The notes under the pieces were generated by a model. It did not search any database. It was not told the DNA's origin and saw nothing but the letters and a program-made list of their open reading frames with translations. This document shows positions 10,368-21,511 of a DNA stretch of 64,000 nucleotides, piece after piece. Position numbers and translations under genes: made by a program. The DNA lies in the NCBI GenBank assembly GCA_041937175.2, contig CP166615.1, positions 1,888,001 through 1,952,000 on the forward strand, written 5' to 3'. Source of the stretch: Limnothrix sp. BL-A-16. GTDB lineage: Bacteria; Cyanobacteriota; Cyanobacteriia; CACIAM-69d. Within the stretch, counting starts at the first letter, position 1, and the number at the start of each line of letters is the position of its first letter.

Positions 10368-11231
10368 ATGCTGGTTCCGCTCACCCGTGACGCTTTCGAT
10401 CGACTGATTCCCTCGATCGCCACCTATCCGCAATACCAATTCTATTGGGGGCAACCGGCAGACTTCATTCGCCGCCTGGCCATTTCCGTGGTGGGCATGG
10501 TGGTGACCTGGTTGGGGAGCCTGGCCACGGGCGATGCAACGGGCCCCATTTGGTTTGTGCTGGGGTTTGCGGCAGCGCTCTACTGGTTTTGGGCCCCCAT
10601 CTATTGGGCCAGCCTCCGCAATGGCAAGGTGCGCAAATTCGGCTATTGCGGTTTTTGGGAAGGGGAAATTCTGGATGTTTATGTGACCGAAGAGCTGGTG
10701 GGCCAAGAGGAAACGGTGAACCGCCAGGGCGAGTTGGTGATTGTGGAAAACCGGGAGCGTTGCCTCAACTTGGAAGTGGGTGACGAGACGGGATTTGAAA
10801 CCCGTTTGCAGGCTCCGTTGCGCCGTGAGCACAAGGGCATTCAGCCGGGAATGCGGGCCCAAACCCTGATTTTGTCCGATCGCCCTGACTTGAGCCGAGT
10901 GGCCCAGGTGGCTGATTTTTATCTTCCCGATCGCCGGATTTGGATCAGTGACTACCCCCTGTTGCAGCGGGAAGCCTTTGAGGAGGTGAGCCGGGAGCTG
11001 AGCGACCCACCGCCGAATCGTCGATCGCGTCGGCCCAGTCGTCCGGCCCCGAGCCAGGAGACCGGCTTAGCCCGCCGCCCGGATCCGCGCGATCGGGCCC
11101 TGGCCCGTTATGATCGGCGTGATGCCTCCGAGGGGCGCGGGCGGTTTGATGATCTGGAAGACGACTTTGAGAACAACGATTTCGAGAACTTTGAGGACGA
11201 TCGCCGCGATCGCCCCCGTCGCCGCCGATAG
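10368..11231 (+). CDS. conserved cyanobacterial membrane protein of unknown function
   Basis: MLVPLTR..F..LIP..AT..QY..YWG start, two TM segments, EETVN.QGELVIVENRER motif, charged disordered tail. Confidence 0.8.
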   Translation: MLVPLTRDAFDRLIPSIATYPQYQFYWGQPADFIRRLAISVVGMVVTWLGSLATGDATGPIWFVLGFAAALYWFWAPIYWASLRNGKVRKFGYCGFWEGEILDVYVTEELVGQEETVNRQGELVIVENRERCLNLEVGDETGFETRLQAPLRREHKGIQPGMRAQTLILSDRPDLSRVAQVADFYLPDRRIWISDYPLLQREAFEEVSRELSDPPPNRRSRRPSRPAPSQETGLARRPDPRDRALARYDRRDASEGRGRFDDLEDDFENNDFENFEDDRRDRPRRRR

Positions 11232-11531
11232 AACCTGAGAACAGCCCCAACGAAACAAAAAAGCCCAAGCCGTTGATCAAAGTCGATCAAAACAGACCCT
11301 GTTGCCCAAAATGCTCGCTAAATCCCAGGAACTGCTGACAGTTGGGTCAATTTGTCGGTTAGGGAATTGACGGAATGGGTTGAGCTTGGTATTCCTGATG
11401 TCAACATGAGCGTGCTTGACTGGCCCCAACGATCCCCGATCGCCCCTTGTCACCCGAAACCGCTCGATCGCCTAACCTCGCTGAATTCCGTCTTTTGGAT
11501 CCCTATTGCGCGTTAGCTCGTCGATCAGCCT

Positions 11532-12983
11532 GTGGAACCCCTATCCTTTTCCGATCCGTTTAATGGTGCGTCGTCGCCCGGGGTGACCCTATTTGGGCCG
11601 CCACATCTTGCGCCCGGGGCAATTGGGGGAGCGGATTGGTTGCCCCCAGTGCCGCCAGAAGAGATGGTCAGCGAAGTAACCGTCATGCCCGAGCATTCTG
11701 CGGACTGGCTGTTGCAGCAGTGGTTGGATCTGGGTCTTCAGCAGCTCGAAGCCAGCAATTATCCTGGGGCGATCGAAGCCTTTGAACGGGCCCTGGATAT
11801 CCAATCCGACTTAACCGTTGCTCGCCACGGCCGGGCGATCGCCCTGGTGGGAGCCAAGGCCTACGCCGAAGCCCTCCCGGAGTTGGAGGCACTCCTGCAA
11901 CAAATTCCGCACCAAATGGATCTTTGGGGGAACTATGGCCACGCCCTCACGGCCATGGAGCGCCACGAGGAAGCCCTCGCCGCCTATCGCCACATCCTGG
12001 CCATTGATCCCAACGTTGTCAACGCCTGGCTCGATTGTGGGCGGTTGCTGCAAACCCTAGGCCGCTGGAGCGAGGCCGCCGCCGCCTATGAACGGGCTTT
12101 GGAGTTGCAACCCACCGCCAGCGCGGCCTGGTTCGCCCGGGGACTGCTTCAGAAAAAGCTCGGTCAACGAACCCAAGCCCTCGAGTCCTTTGAGCGCACT
12201 CTTTCGATCGACCCCCATTGCAAGGAAGCCTGGAACTATCGTGGCAACTTGCTCGAAGATTTGGGCCGCACCCAGGAAGCCCGCGAAGCCTATCAACGGG
12301 CGATCGACCTGGATCCTCAATATGCCGAAGCTTGGAATAACTTGGGCATTGCCCTCGATAGCCAACAGGCCCACCAGGAAGCCCTGGAAGCCTTTCACCA
12401 GTCCTTGGCTAGCGATCCGAATAATCCCGATGTGTGGAATAACTGTGGCCTCACATTAGATAGCTTGGGGCAGTTAGGCGAAGCGGTGACCGCGTTCGAT
12501 CGCGCCTTGGCCCTCACCCAAAACAGTCACTGGAAATCCTGGGCTAATCGGGGCTGTGTCCTTTTGCGGCTCCACGGCTACGCGGCCGCCCTCAAAAACT
12601 GGAATCAGGGCATCGACTCCCTCGATCGCCAAGCCCCAGACTATGCCCTCGGTTGCGGCATTTTGCACTATCACAAGGGCCGGGCCCATGTTGATGAAGG
12701 CCAGCGCCACTCCGATGCCTTTCCCTACTTGCAGGAAGCGCGGCTCTGTTTTGAACAAGCCCTCAATTTCCTCACACCCGATCGCCATCCAGATTGGTAC
12801 TTGGAAGCGGCCCAAGGGGCGATCGACACGTATCGGGCCCTGGGTAATGCAGACCAAGCCCAAGCCCTGATGTATAGCGCCACGGAGCTGCTGCGCCGCC
12901 GAATGCGTGAAACGGACTGCACCAGTCAAAAAATGGCCCTCGCGAACAAGCTTGCTAGCTTCTACCAAAACGGGCGATCGTAG
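11532..12983 (+). CDS. tetratricopeptide repeat protein
   Basis: Multiple TPR units (AWNYRGNLLEDLGRTQEAREAYQRAIDLDP, AWNNLGIAL); start uncertain. Confidence 0.9.
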   Translation: MEPLSFSDPFNGASSPGVTLFGPPHLAPGAIGGADWLPPVPPEEMVSEVTVMPEHSADWLLQQWLDLGLQQLEASNYPGAIEAFERALDIQSDLTVARHGRAIALVGAKAYAEALPELEALLQQIPHQMDLWGNYGHALTAMERHEEALAAYRHILAIDPNVVNAWLDCGRLLQTLGRWSEAAAAYERALELQPTASAAWFARGLLQKKLGQRTQALESFERTLSIDPHCKEAWNYRGNLLEDLGRTQEAREAYQRAIDLDPQYAEAWNNLGIALDSQQAHQEALEAFHQSLASDPNNPDVWNNCGLTLDSLGQLGEAVTAFDRALALTQNSHWKSWANRGCVLLRLHGYAAALKNWNQGIDSLDRQAPDYALGCGILHYHKGRAHVDEGQRHSDAFPYLQEARLCFEQALNFLTPDRHPDWYLEAAQGAIDTYRALGNADQAQALMYSATELLRRRMRETDCTSQKMALANKLASFYQNGRS

Positions 12984-13117
12984 CGATTGGTTGTTGGAAT
13001 GATTAATCACTTAATCGTAATTATTTTTGCAAGTTATTATTTGTAGTTATTGATTGTAAATTATTTAATTAATCAGCATAATCGCGCGATTCTTTAGCTG
13101 TTGTTCTGGTTTTTCAA

Positions 13118-13147
13118 CAAAAAAACTGCGATCGCTTGATCGCAGTT
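13118..13147 (-). terminator. probable intrinsic terminator of the porin gene
   Basis: Perfect 10-bp stem AACTGCGATC-gctt-GATCGCAGTT followed on the minus strand by a T run, about 150 bp past the porin stop. Confidence 0.65.
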
Positions 13148-13295
13148 CGTCAAAAAGGTGAGGATAAAAGAACGAGAAAATCATTCAAGAATTGGGCAAC
13201 GATGATTCCATGAATGATTGGGAATTGGGAACGATCGAACCATTAGCCCCAATTGATCGTTAAAACCCTGATCTTGGGTCAGGAGCACCAGGAAC

Positions 13296-14963
13296 CTAGA
13301 AACTGAACTCGGTGCGAACCACGCCCAAGACGGCCGTGTTGTTGTCGTTGCCCGTGTCCGCATTGAACACCGCAATCACTCCCGGCGTGATCGAAATGAA
13401 GTCGTTCACGGCCCAGCGGTAGAGTGCCTCCACGTGGATCGGCGTTTCATCATCCTCTTCCACGCCATCCGCACTGATCACCGTCGGCGGCTGACCCACC
13501 AACAGGGATCCCAGGTTGCCTTCTTTGCCCAAGTCGGGGAAGACCAAACCCACAGCCCAGTTCAGCACATCGATGCTGTCGTCGCTTTGGGCATCTTCCG
13601 CCTTGGTGTAACCGACCCAGCCGTTCAAGCCCACCTTAGGCGAGAACAGATAGTTCGCTTGCAGGCCGACACTGTTGCTGACGGCGGAATGATCGCCAAA
13701 GGGGTTGATCGTGCGGCGCGTGCCGGTGCGACCCAACAGGCCCAAATCTTCGTCGGCGTATTGGTAATCGTCGTTGGAGTAGTAGCTGTGGGCAAAGAAC
13801 AGGCCGGCGCTGAAGCGGCTGTCACTGCTCTTGTAGTTCAAGCTGGCGCTGGCGCTGTAGCTACCGCCGAAAAGGCCACTACCATCACTGGGGCTGGCGG
13901 CGTTGCCGGCCATGTAGGCGGCCCCGATCGACCATTGATCGCTGGGACTCCAAACCAAGCCCACCCCGGCATCGGCCGGTTGGCGCAACACGGGCGGCCG
14001 ATCGCCAAATCGCGACAGGGCCCCGGAACCATCGCCATAGAGGAAGGGGTTGTGGGTGTCGTGGATGTCATCCAAATCCAACCCGGTGGTTCCCACAAGG
14101 GCTTCCACCTTTTCCCCGATCGGGAAGCGATAGCCCAAATAGGTCAGGCTGACTTGGTTGCTGTCGCCGTCGCCATAGCTGAGGGAACCCAAGCCCGTCA
14201 CATCGTTCAGCGGGTTCTGAACATTGTTGGTTTCCAAACGGGTGGTCAGGGTGTCTTGGCCCGTGAAGCTGGTGTTGAACACCAGTCGCACCCGATTGCT
14301 GAAGGTGACGTTTTCGGCGTTGCTGTCGTCGTCATCGCCCGTCAGGGTTCCCCCTTGCAAACCGAGGATGGCGTTCCCGGTCAGCTTGGTGGTGGTGGAG
14401 AATTGGGTTTTCTCCAGGTAAGAAATCCGACCTTCCAGGGTGTCTACGCGACCGCGTAGCGCGGCCAGCTCGGTCTTGAACATGTCCTGCAATTTTTTCA
14501 GGACTTCTAGATCGGCCTTAGTGGCGTAGTCGGCCACATTGGTCACGAGCAATTCTTGGATTCGATCGAGGCAAGCATTCAAACCGGCCGCGAACTCGTA
14601 GCGGGTCATGGCCCGGTTGCCCTTGTAGGTTCCGTTGGGATAACCGGCAATGCAACCGTAGCGTTCAACCAGGGATTGCAGGGCTTGGAAGGCCCAATCG
14701 GTGGGTTGCACGTCCGACAGTTGCGATACGGAGGTGACCTGATCGGCGCTGCTGGCGCGGCGGTTGCGTCCCTCTTGGCCGTATTGGTTGAGGTCGTTGA
14801 TCAGCTCGCTGGTGTCGGCCACGGCCCCGATCGAGTCAGGATTGGCCAAGTCAGGGCTAGTCAAATTAACGGATTGGGCCAAAGCCGGCGCAGCGGGAGC
14901 CGCCGCCAACAGGGCCAGGGCAGCGATCGGGGTTAAGCGCGATCGCCAATGGAACCGAGACAT
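13296..14963 (-). CDS. cyanobacterial SLH-domain outer-membrane porin (OprB/Som type, iron-uptake porin family)
   Basis: Signal peptide, QVTSVSQLSDVQPTDWAFQALQSLVERYGCIAGYP, FSTTTKL, C-terminal RTEFSF; ATG at 14963 with GAGG upstream. Confidence 0.95.
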   Translation of the reverse strand: MSRFHWRSRLTPIAALALLAAAPAAPALAQSVNLTSPDLANPDSIGAVADTSELINDLNQYGQEGRNRRASSADQVTSVSQLSDVQPTDWAFQALQSLVERYGCIAGYPNGTYKGNRAMTRYEFAAGLNACLDRIQELLVTNVADYATKADLEVLKKLQDMFKTELAALRGRVDTLEGRISYLEKTQFSTTTKLTGNAILGLQGGTLTGDDDDSNAENVTFSNRVRLVFNTSFTGQDTLTTRLETNNVQNPLNDVTGLGSLSYGDGDSNQVSLTYLGYRFPIGEKVEALVGTTGLDLDDIHDTHNPFLYGDGSGALSRFGDRPPVLRQPADAGVGLVWSPSDQWSIGAAYMAGNAASPSDGSGLFGGSYSASASLNYKSSDSRFSAGLFFAHSYYSNDDYQYADEDLGLLGRTGTRRTINPFGDHSAVSNSVGLQANYLFSPKVGLNGWVGYTKAEDAQSDDSIDVLNWAVGLVFPDLGKEGNLGSLLVGQPPTVISADGVEEDDETPIHVEALYRWAVNDFISITPGVIAVFNADTGNDNNTAVLGVVRTEFSF

Positions 14964-14970
14964 ATGCAAA

Positions 14971-14978
14971 CCTCACAC
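14971..14978 (-). promoter_or_regulatory. GTGTGAGG at the porin ribosome-binding site, candidate Yfr1 sRNA target
   Basis: mRNA reads GTGTGAGGtttgcatATG, complementary to CCTCACAC in the conserved Yfr1 motif ACTCCTCACAC. Confidence 0.5.
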
Positions 14979-15110
14979 GAAAAATCTAAGTCCATTGCAA
15001 ACTGAATTCATCCCCAGCCTTTAACCATCAAAAGCTGGCAGCAATTCCTCAAAATTACTGCCCTCCCAGGATCGCCAGCCAGCAGCTAAATTCCTGTGCA
15101 TTCATCAGAA

Positions 15111-15129
15111 AGATAATGATTCTCAATCT
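15111..15129. promoter_or_regulatory. putative Fur box
   Basis: AGATAATGATTCTCAATCT, a dyad resembling GATAATGATAATCATTATC, about 150 bp upstream of the porin. Confidence 0.6.
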
Positions 15130-15492
15130 GATTTATGAAAAGATAATTAAGCGGCGATGAATCAGTTTTGATCGTCATTCTAGCGAATTCTGGCTCGACC
15201 CAAGGCAGAATGAAGACAAAATATTATTGATGTAAGGCCTCAATAACGCAAGATAGATTCTGCGTGAAATTACTGAAATTGATAACTCGCAATTGCGGAA
15301 CAGCCCCAGCAGCACCACCACCCAGTGAGCAAACATAACGGGTTGCAAGGGCTAATTAACGGATGAATACGGATGAATTCTGATGCTCTGTGGAGCCGAT
15401 CACACCATTTCCAGCGATCGCCCCACTCAATCCTCATAACCCCGATCCAGCCCGTCGGCGGCCTTGGCCCTAGGGCAACGGCGCAATTGGCC

Positions 15493-16887
15493 CTAAGAAT
15501 TCTCGAGATTGTGGGCAGCAGCGCGATCGAACCAACGGAGCAACACGCGGGCTAACTTGCCCGAATGGTGGCGAATGAGGCCCGTGTGGGGATCTTCGTC
15601 AATGACGTTGGCGATCACGATTCGGCGACCCAGACGGGCCACCGCTTCTCGATCGAGCTGAATCGGGTGGCTATGTTCGCGGGCATAGCGATCGAGGGTT
15701 TTGGGGGATGGGGGATTTTTTTGCACCAACACGGCATCAAACAACTTTTGACCACAGGCCTGGTCGATCGCCCGGATGTGATCCGAAACGGTGTAGCCCT
15801 CCGTTTCTCCCGGTTGGCTCATCACGTTGCACACATAGATCCGAGGAGCTGGACAACGGGCGATCGCCTCCGTAATTTCCGGAACCAACAGATTGGGGAT
15901 TACGCTCGTGTACAGACTGCCAGGGCCAATGATGATGTAGTCCGCTGACTCGATCGCCTCGATCGCCCGAGGCACGGCCCGAGGATTGGACGGCGAACAA
16001 CCAATGCGGGCAATTTGCCCATGGGCCTCGCTGATGTTCGACTCGCCCTCCACGTAGCGGCCATCGGTTAGCTCGGCCCAGAGCACCACATCCTCCAGCG
16101 TGGCCGGCAGCACCCGCCCCTGCACCGCCAAGACTTGGGAACTGGCATCGATCGCCTGTTCCAAGTCTCCCGTGATGTCGCTCATGGCCGTCAAAAACAA
16201 ATTGCCAAAGCTGTGGCCCGCCAACCCGCTACCGGTGGTGAAGCGATATTGAAACAAAGCCGTCATCAGCCGCTCTTCCGCCGACAGGGCCGCCAAGCAA
16301 TTGCGAATATCCCCCGGTGGCAGCACCCCAAAATCGCGCCGCAGCCGTCCTGAAGAGCCGCCATCATCCGCCACCGTCACAATGGCCGTGATATTGGCGC
16401 TGTATTGCTTCAGGCCTCGCAACAGGGTGGAAAGGCCCGTGCCGCCCCCGATCGCCACAATGCGCGGCCCCCGATTCAGCCGCCGATGGGTCAAGAGGCG
16501 ATCAATCAACTCCTCATCCCCATCGGGCATCAGCACTTCCGCGATCGTGCCCAGGGTGCGTGTTTGTCCCCACAACACCAACCCCAACCCCCCCGCCAAC
16601 ACCAGCGGCCCAGAAACATTATTGGGAATTAGGGTGGCCAAGCGCCCCACAAACTCTTGCAAAAACTGAGTGGTGTAAAACACCGGGGTTTGCTTTGTCC
16701 AAATGGCCGCCCCAAACCACACCAACACCGCCCCGCTCGCACTGGTCAGCAGCCAGCGCTTGACCAACAAACCCGGTGCAAGCCACTTCACCCATTGGTT
16801 AACCCGTTTGGGGGCGCGGCGCTGCAAAATGGCTCGCGGTAGGTTGCTGAGCCAGTGAACGGTTGAGTAGGACAGTCGATTCTTCAA
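15493..16887 (-). CDS. YvcK/CofD-like gluconeogenesis factor family protein
   Basis: [56 protein letters not shown]; start uncertain (the ORF is open to 17028). Confidence 0.93.
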   Translation of the reverse strand: MKNRLSYSTVHWLSNLPRAILQRRAPKRVNQWVKWLAPGLLVKRWLLTSASGAVLVWFGAAIWTKQTPVFYTTQFLQEFVGRLATLIPNNVSGPLVLAGGLGLVLWGQTRTLGTIAEVLMPDGDEELIDRLLTHRRLNRGPRIVAIGGGTGLSTLLRGLKQYSANITAIVTVADDGGSSGRLRRDFGVLPPGDIRNCLAALSAEERLMTALFQYRFTTGSGLAGHSFGNLFLTAMSDITGDLEQAIDASSQVLAVQGRVLPATLEDVVLWAELTDGRYVEGESNISEAHGQIARIGCSPSNPRAVPRAIEAIESADYIIIGPGSLYTSVIPNLLVPEITEAIARCPAPRIYVCNVMSQPGETEGYTVSDHIRAIDQACGQKLFDAVLVQKNPPSPKTLDRYAREHSHPIQLDREAVARLGRRIVIANVIDEDPHTGLIRHHSGKLARVLLRWFDRAAAHNLENS

Positions 16888-17084
16888 GGGAAAGGTGGGG
16901 AAAAACGGACAAATAAAGCCAAAGCAAGCAGAATCAACAACAAGCACTGGGCTACAACGGCGGCAACGGCAGCAGCTACCGGGATGCAGGGAAATTAAAC
17001 CATTGGTGGGGGATCGGGTTCTGGCCAATGGCTACCGTCTCCTTCAAGCACGTATTCAAGAACGTCTTCAAGGACGTAGGCTTA

Positions 17085-17226
17085 GGGCCTGTCGTCATTT
17101 CCTAGGATCAGGTGGAAACGATTGATTTTCCATGTCCCAGTCGTTGTAACAAGATGCTCAAGCCCCTTGTCCCCCACGATCTGCCAACGGCGGAATCAAG
17201 GTTGTAGACGATTTGACGACATGCCC
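17085..17226. mobile_element. MITE family A (142 bp), TA-flanked
   Basis: TA-GGGCCTGTCGTCA...TGACGACATGCCC-TA; internal CAAGATGCTCAAGCCCCTTG at 17150-17169; collinear with 10120-10260. Confidence 0.8.
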
Positions 17227-17603
17227 TAACATCTATGGATCCCCGTTGTTGGCGTTGATTGAGCCGGTGATTAGTCTGCTGATCCTGAATCCCGATCGCC
17301 CCAGCCTGGATCCGCAAACGGGCGGGCTAAAATGGCGAGCAACGGAATCAACCGTTTCCAACCGTCGTAATTTCCATGAGGATAGCGCGTTGCGGATTGG
17401 ATCCCGGGATGAGTAGCCCGCTCGGTGGGTTGGCATGGCTGGGAATGCTGACTGCTGGTCAGTCGGTCTAATTCGTGCTGCGAGACCAGTTCAACCCATC
17501 GATCGCAACCCATCGATCGCAACCCATTGGCCACAACCCATCAATTGCCAGACTTGCCGCGATCGGATCCAAAACAGCAAGCAATCACCCAATCATTCCA
17601 GAC

Positions 17604-18443
17604 ATGTCCCAATCCCTGGTTTGTGGCGGATCGGCGAACCCGCTGCCCCTTGATCGCCCCTTGGTGGAACTGCGCGGGGTCAGCAAAACACTGGGCGATC
17701 GCAAAATTCTCGATCGGGTAGATTTCGCCATTTATCCCAACGAGGCGATCGCAATTATCGGCCCCTCCGGCACGGGAAAATCAACCATTTTGCGGGTGAT
17801 TAGCGGTCTGTTGGAACCCGACGAGGGAGAGGTTTATTTGTTAGGAGAACCCCGCCAAGGCCTGCTGGGCGACAGCCACGAGCCGGAGGGGGTAGAAATC
17901 AAGTTGGTGTTTCAGCAAGCCGCCCTGTTTGACTCCTTGACAGTGGGCGAAAATGTGGGATTTTCCTTGCTGGAGGCGGGCCAGTTGCCGCCGAATGAAG
18001 TTCAAAAACTAGTCGATCGCGCCCTGGAGCGAGTGGGGTTGCCGGCCATTGCCGATCGCTACCCGGCGGAGTTGTCGGGCGGCATGAAAAAACGGGTCAG
18101 TTTTGCCCGCGCCATCATTGAAAATCCTGCTCCCGACGGCACACCCATTCCCGAAGTGTTGCTCTATGACGAGCCAACGGCTGGCCTTGACCCGATCGCC
18201 TCCACAATTGTGGAAGATCTGATGCGGGAACTGAGCCAAAAGGTCAATTTCTGCTCAACCTATGTGGTCGTGACCCACCAAGACAGCACCATTCGCCGCA
18301 CAGCCGATCGGGTGGTGTTTTTGTACGATGGGCGCATTCGCTGGCAAGGGAAGATCCAGGAGATTGACACCACCGATAATCCCTACGTGCGCCAGTTTTT
18401 CAACAGCGCGATCGAGGGGCCAATTCAGGTGGTTACCGCTTAG
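17604..18443 (+). CDS. ABC transporter ATP-binding protein, MlaF/TGD3-like
   Basis: GPSGTGKST, LVFQQAALFDSLTV.ENV, LSGGMKKRVSFARA, LLYDEPTAGLDP. Confidence 0.9.
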   Translation: MSQSLVCGGSANPLPLDRPLVELRGVSKTLGDRKILDRVDFAIYPNEAIAIIGPSGTGKSTILRVISGLLEPDEGEVYLLGEPRQGLLGDSHEPEGVEIKLVFQQAALFDSLTVGENVGFSLLEAGQLPPNEVQKLVDRALERVGLPAIADRYPAELSGGMKKRVSFARAIIENPAPDGTPIPEVLLYDEPTAGLDPIASTIVEDLMRELSQKVNFCSTYVVVTHQDSTIRRTADRVVFLYDGRIRWQGKIQEIDTTDNPYVRQFFNSAIEGPIQVVTA

Positions 18444-18503
18444 TTAAGACTCAGGTTCAGTAGCTTCGATTGATCCAAGATTCAGCCAGAATTGGGAGTT
18501 GCT

Positions 18504-19019
18504 TTAATCCCAATCATCCACAGTTTTTTGCTGAAGTTGCCATTTTTGGAATCGTTTTTCAAAGTCTTCCGTATCCGGTTGCAAAGACTTCCAGGCATCC
18601 AGGGCAATGAACATTCCCCACCCCAAACCCAAGGTGAGCGACCAGCCCAAATGACCCGAGGAAACCAAGTCGATCAGTAATAAAAAACCGTTGACAATGC
18701 CAAATTTACCCAGGTTTAGTTTTAAGCGCTGCCGTTGGGCGGCTACGAATTGTTGGCGTTGCGATCGATCCCCATTTTGAGCCAACCAACGCTGTTCGGC
18801 TGCATACAAATCAGTGCGATCGATCCCGATTTCATCGGCCAATTCCAGAAGCTGACTGCGGGAATATTGCTCAATATCCTGGCGACGGGCGATCGCGAGT
18901 TGCAAAATTTCCTGCACCGCATCCCGATCGTAATTATCGCGGGTGGGCACATCGATGAAGCGGGAGTCGGAACCGCGTGCATCAGGATTGGCTAAGGGCG
19001 ATCGATCAGCGTTAGTCAT
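18504..19019 (-). CDS. 2TM domain-containing protein
   Basis: VQEILQLAIAR...QLLELADEIGI followed by two hydrophobic segments ending GWG. Confidence 0.8.
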   Translation of the reverse strand: MTNADRSPLANPDARGSDSRFIDVPTRDNYDRDAVQEILQLAIARRQDIEQYSRSQLLELADEIGIDRTDLYAAEQRWLAQNGDRSQRQQFVAAQRQRLKLNLGKFGIVNGFLLLIDLVSSGHLGWSLTLGLGWGMFIALDAWKSLQPDTEDFEKRFQKWQLQQKTVDDWD

Positions 19020-19207
19020 AGGTGGGTTATATCTGGTCTTGGCCGTTGTTTATCAGGCGGGGCTGCCTGCGATCGGGCGATGAACTCGGCGATCCAAAAC
19101 TTCAGCAATCTCATTCGGCGATTTCAACCGAACTAGACGATCGAACTCGGCCATCGAACTACGAATCATAATATCGATGTTCCTATGGTACTGAGGTTGA
19201 TCAACCG

Positions 19208-20080
19208 TTGGCTGCTTCTGAACAGGCCCCAGCAATTCCTCAAGCCATCCCGCAAGCGCTCCATGTGGAAACCCGCGGCCGGGGGCTGCCGCTGTTGTGT
19301 TTGCATGGTCACCCCGGCTCTGGGCGCAGTATGCGAGTGTTTACGCGCCATTGGGCCGATCGATTCTGGACGATCGCGCCGGATTTGCGGGGATATGGCC
19401 GCAGTCGATCGGGGGGTGACTTTGCCATGGAAGCCCACATTGCGGATTTGGTTGCCCTGCTCGATCGGCTCCAAATTGACCAAGCCCTGGTTTTGGGTTG
19501 GTCTTTGGGGGGAATTTTGGCCCTGGAGTTGGCCCTGCGACATCCCGATCGAGTGCAGGGGCTGATTCTGATTGCCACGGCGGCCCGCCCCCGCAGCGCC
19601 CCCATGCCCAGCCAACGCCGGGACTTGGCCTACACCCTGATTGCAGCTCTGTTGAATGGGGTATGGCCCGGTTGGGCTTGGAATATTCGGCAATTTGGCG
19701 AGCGATCGCTCCTGCGCTACTTGATCCAACGCCACACTCCCGAAACCTATCGCTACTTGGCTGAATCGGCGGTGTGGGATGTGTTGCAAACCTCAGGGGC
19801 GGCCACCCGATCGCTGCGTCAGGCGCTTCAGGCTGGCTACGATCGCCGGGCGGATTTGGCCAAAATTTGCTGCCCAGCACTGGTGATGGCCGGAGCGGGC
19901 GATCGCCACATCACCCCGATCGCCAGTCTGGAAACCGCCACCGGCTTACCCCGCAGCCAATGGCACTGTTATGACGGCGTGGCACACCTGTTTCCTTGGG
20001 AAATTCCCGATCGGGTTTTGGCAGATATCGATCGCTGGCTTCAGGAACAGGGTTTTGGGCCACTCGATTCACCCAAGTAA
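19208..20080 (+). CDS. alpha/beta fold hydrolase
   Basis: LHGHPG, APDLRGYGRS, nucleophile elbow GWSLG, GDRHI, AHLFPWE. Confidence 0.9.
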   Translation: MAASEQAPAIPQAIPQALHVETRGRGLPLLCLHGHPGSGRSMRVFTRHWADRFWTIAPDLRGYGRSRSGGDFAMEAHIADLVALLDRLQIDQALVLGWSLGGILALELALRHPDRVQGLILIATAARPRSAPMPSQRRDLAYTLIAALLNGVWPGWAWNIRQFGERSLLRYLIQRHTPETYRYLAESAVWDVLQTSGAATRSLRQALQAGYDRRADLAKICCPALVMAGAGDRHITPIASLETATGLPRSQWHCYDGVAHLFPWEIPDRVLADIDRWLQEQGFGPLDSPK

Positions 20081-20088
20081 TGGGAGTT

Positions 20089-20161
20089 GTCGTGGGGGGG
20101 CAAGGGGCTTAAGCCCCTTGTCTGTGCCGATCGATTGGGCCCCTTGTCTGTGTCGATCGAT
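20089..20161. repeat. REP-like palindrome with a duplicated arm
   Basis: CAAGGGGCTTAAGCCCCTTG at 20101-20120; GCCCCTTGTCTGTG(C/T)CGATCGAT occurs twice. Confidence 0.8.
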
Positions 20162-20310
20162 GAGGCCCACCAGCTAGTTCTAGCTGTGGCTTTTCAGACA
20201 TCCGCTCAGGGCCACAGTCTGGGAACGTGGAGGCGGGTGATAGGATACAAATTCGACTAATCAGCGCCGCTTCACAGGCCGATCGCACCGCCGCACCACC
20301 GATAACCACC

Positions 20311-21411
20311 ATGGGCAACACGTTTGGACATCTGTTTCGGATCACCACCTTTGGCGAATCCCACGGTGGTGGGGTTGGCGTTGTGATCGATGGTTGCCCG
20401 CCCCGGTTGCCCCTGACGGCCGAAGAAATTCAGGTGGAACTCGATCGCCGCCGGCCGGGCCAGAGCAAAATCACCACGCCACGCAAGGAAACCGACCAGT
20501 GCGAAATCCTTTCGGGGGTGTTTGAGGGCAAAACCCTGGGTACCCCAATCACGATTTTGGTGCGGAATAAGGACACCCGGCCCCAGGACTACGACGAGAT
20601 GGCCAAGACCTATCGCCCGTCCCACGCCGACGCAACCTATGACGCAAAATACGGGTTTCGCAATTGGCAGGGCGGTGGGCGATCGTCCGCGCGGGAAACG
20701 ATCGGGCGGGTGGCAGCCGGGGCGATCGCCAAGAAGATCCTGACGGAATTCGGCAACATCGAAATCGTCGGCTACGTGAAGCGAATTAAGGATCTCGAAG
20801 CGGCGATCGACCCGCTGACCGTGACCACGGAGCAGGTGGAAAGCAATATTCTGCGATCGCCCGATGGGGACTTTGCCGAACGGGCGATCGCCCTGATTGA
20901 GTCGATCCGCGATGAGGGCGATTCGGTCGGGGGCGTGGTGGAATGCGTGGTGCGGAATTTGCCGATGGGCTTGGGGTCGCCCGTGTTCGATCGCCTGGAA
21001 GCCGACCTAGCCAAAGCAGTGATGTCCCTGCCCGCCACCAAAGGGTTCGAGGTGGGATCGGGCTTTGCGGGCACGTTGCTGAAGGGCAGCGAACACAACG
21101 ACGAGTTTTACACCGATGAAACGGGCAAACTGCGGACGACCACCAATCGATCGGGCGGAGTCCAAGGCGGCATCAGCAACGGCGAACCGGTCGTGATCCG
21201 CATTGCCTTCAAGCCCACGGCCACGATTCGCAAGGCCCAAAACACCGTCGATCAAACCGGGGAAGCCAAGGTGCTGGCGGGCAAGGGTCGCCACGATCCC
21301 TGTGTGTTGCCCCGGGCCGTACCGATGGTGGAGGCGATGGTGGCGTTGGTGGTTTGTGATCATTTGCTGCGCGATCGGGCCCAATGCCACACCCTCGAAG
21401 ATTTGGCATAG
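20311..21411 (+). CDS. aroC: chorismate synthase
   Basis: [52 protein letters not shown]. Confidence 0.99.
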   Translation: MGNTFGHLFRITTFGESHGGGVGVVIDGCPPRLPLTAEEIQVELDRRRPGQSKITTPRKETDQCEILSGVFEGKTLGTPITILVRNKDTRPQDYDEMAKTYRPSHADATYDAKYGFRNWQGGGRSSARETIGRVAAGAIAKKILTEFGNIEIVGYVKRIKDLEAAIDPLTVTTEQVESNILRSPDGDFAERAIALIESIRDEGDSVGGVVECVVRNLPMGLGSPVFDRLEADLAKAVMSLPATKGFEVGSGFAGTLLKGSEHNDEFYTDETGKLRTTTNRSGGVQGGISNGEPVVIRIAFKPTATIRKAQNTVDQTGEAKVLAGKGRHDPCVLPRAVPMVEAMVALVVCDHLLRDRAQCHTLEDLA

Positions 21412-21511
21412 CGTAGAGATTGCGTTGAGATCAGCCAAATCGAGATCAGCCAAGTCGAGATCGGGTATGTCGAGATTGAGGATGTCAGGATCGGCCAAGT
21501 CGAGATTCGGC

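Noticed and set aside
10368..11231. Phosphate ABC permease label often given to this family
   Set aside because: Only two TM segments and no EAA motif.
13434..14459. 341-aa ORF antisense to the porin
   Set aside because: Shadow frame of a strongly codon-biased gene, with no motifs.
19208..20080. Hydrolase as menH
   Set aside because: Only generic alpha/beta-hydrolase motifs, and it is 11 kb from the men cluster.
21203..21511. Long N-terminal extension of the SLH lipoprotein
   Set aside because: It overlaps aroC and a repeat tract; the lipoprotein signal fits a start at or near 21512.
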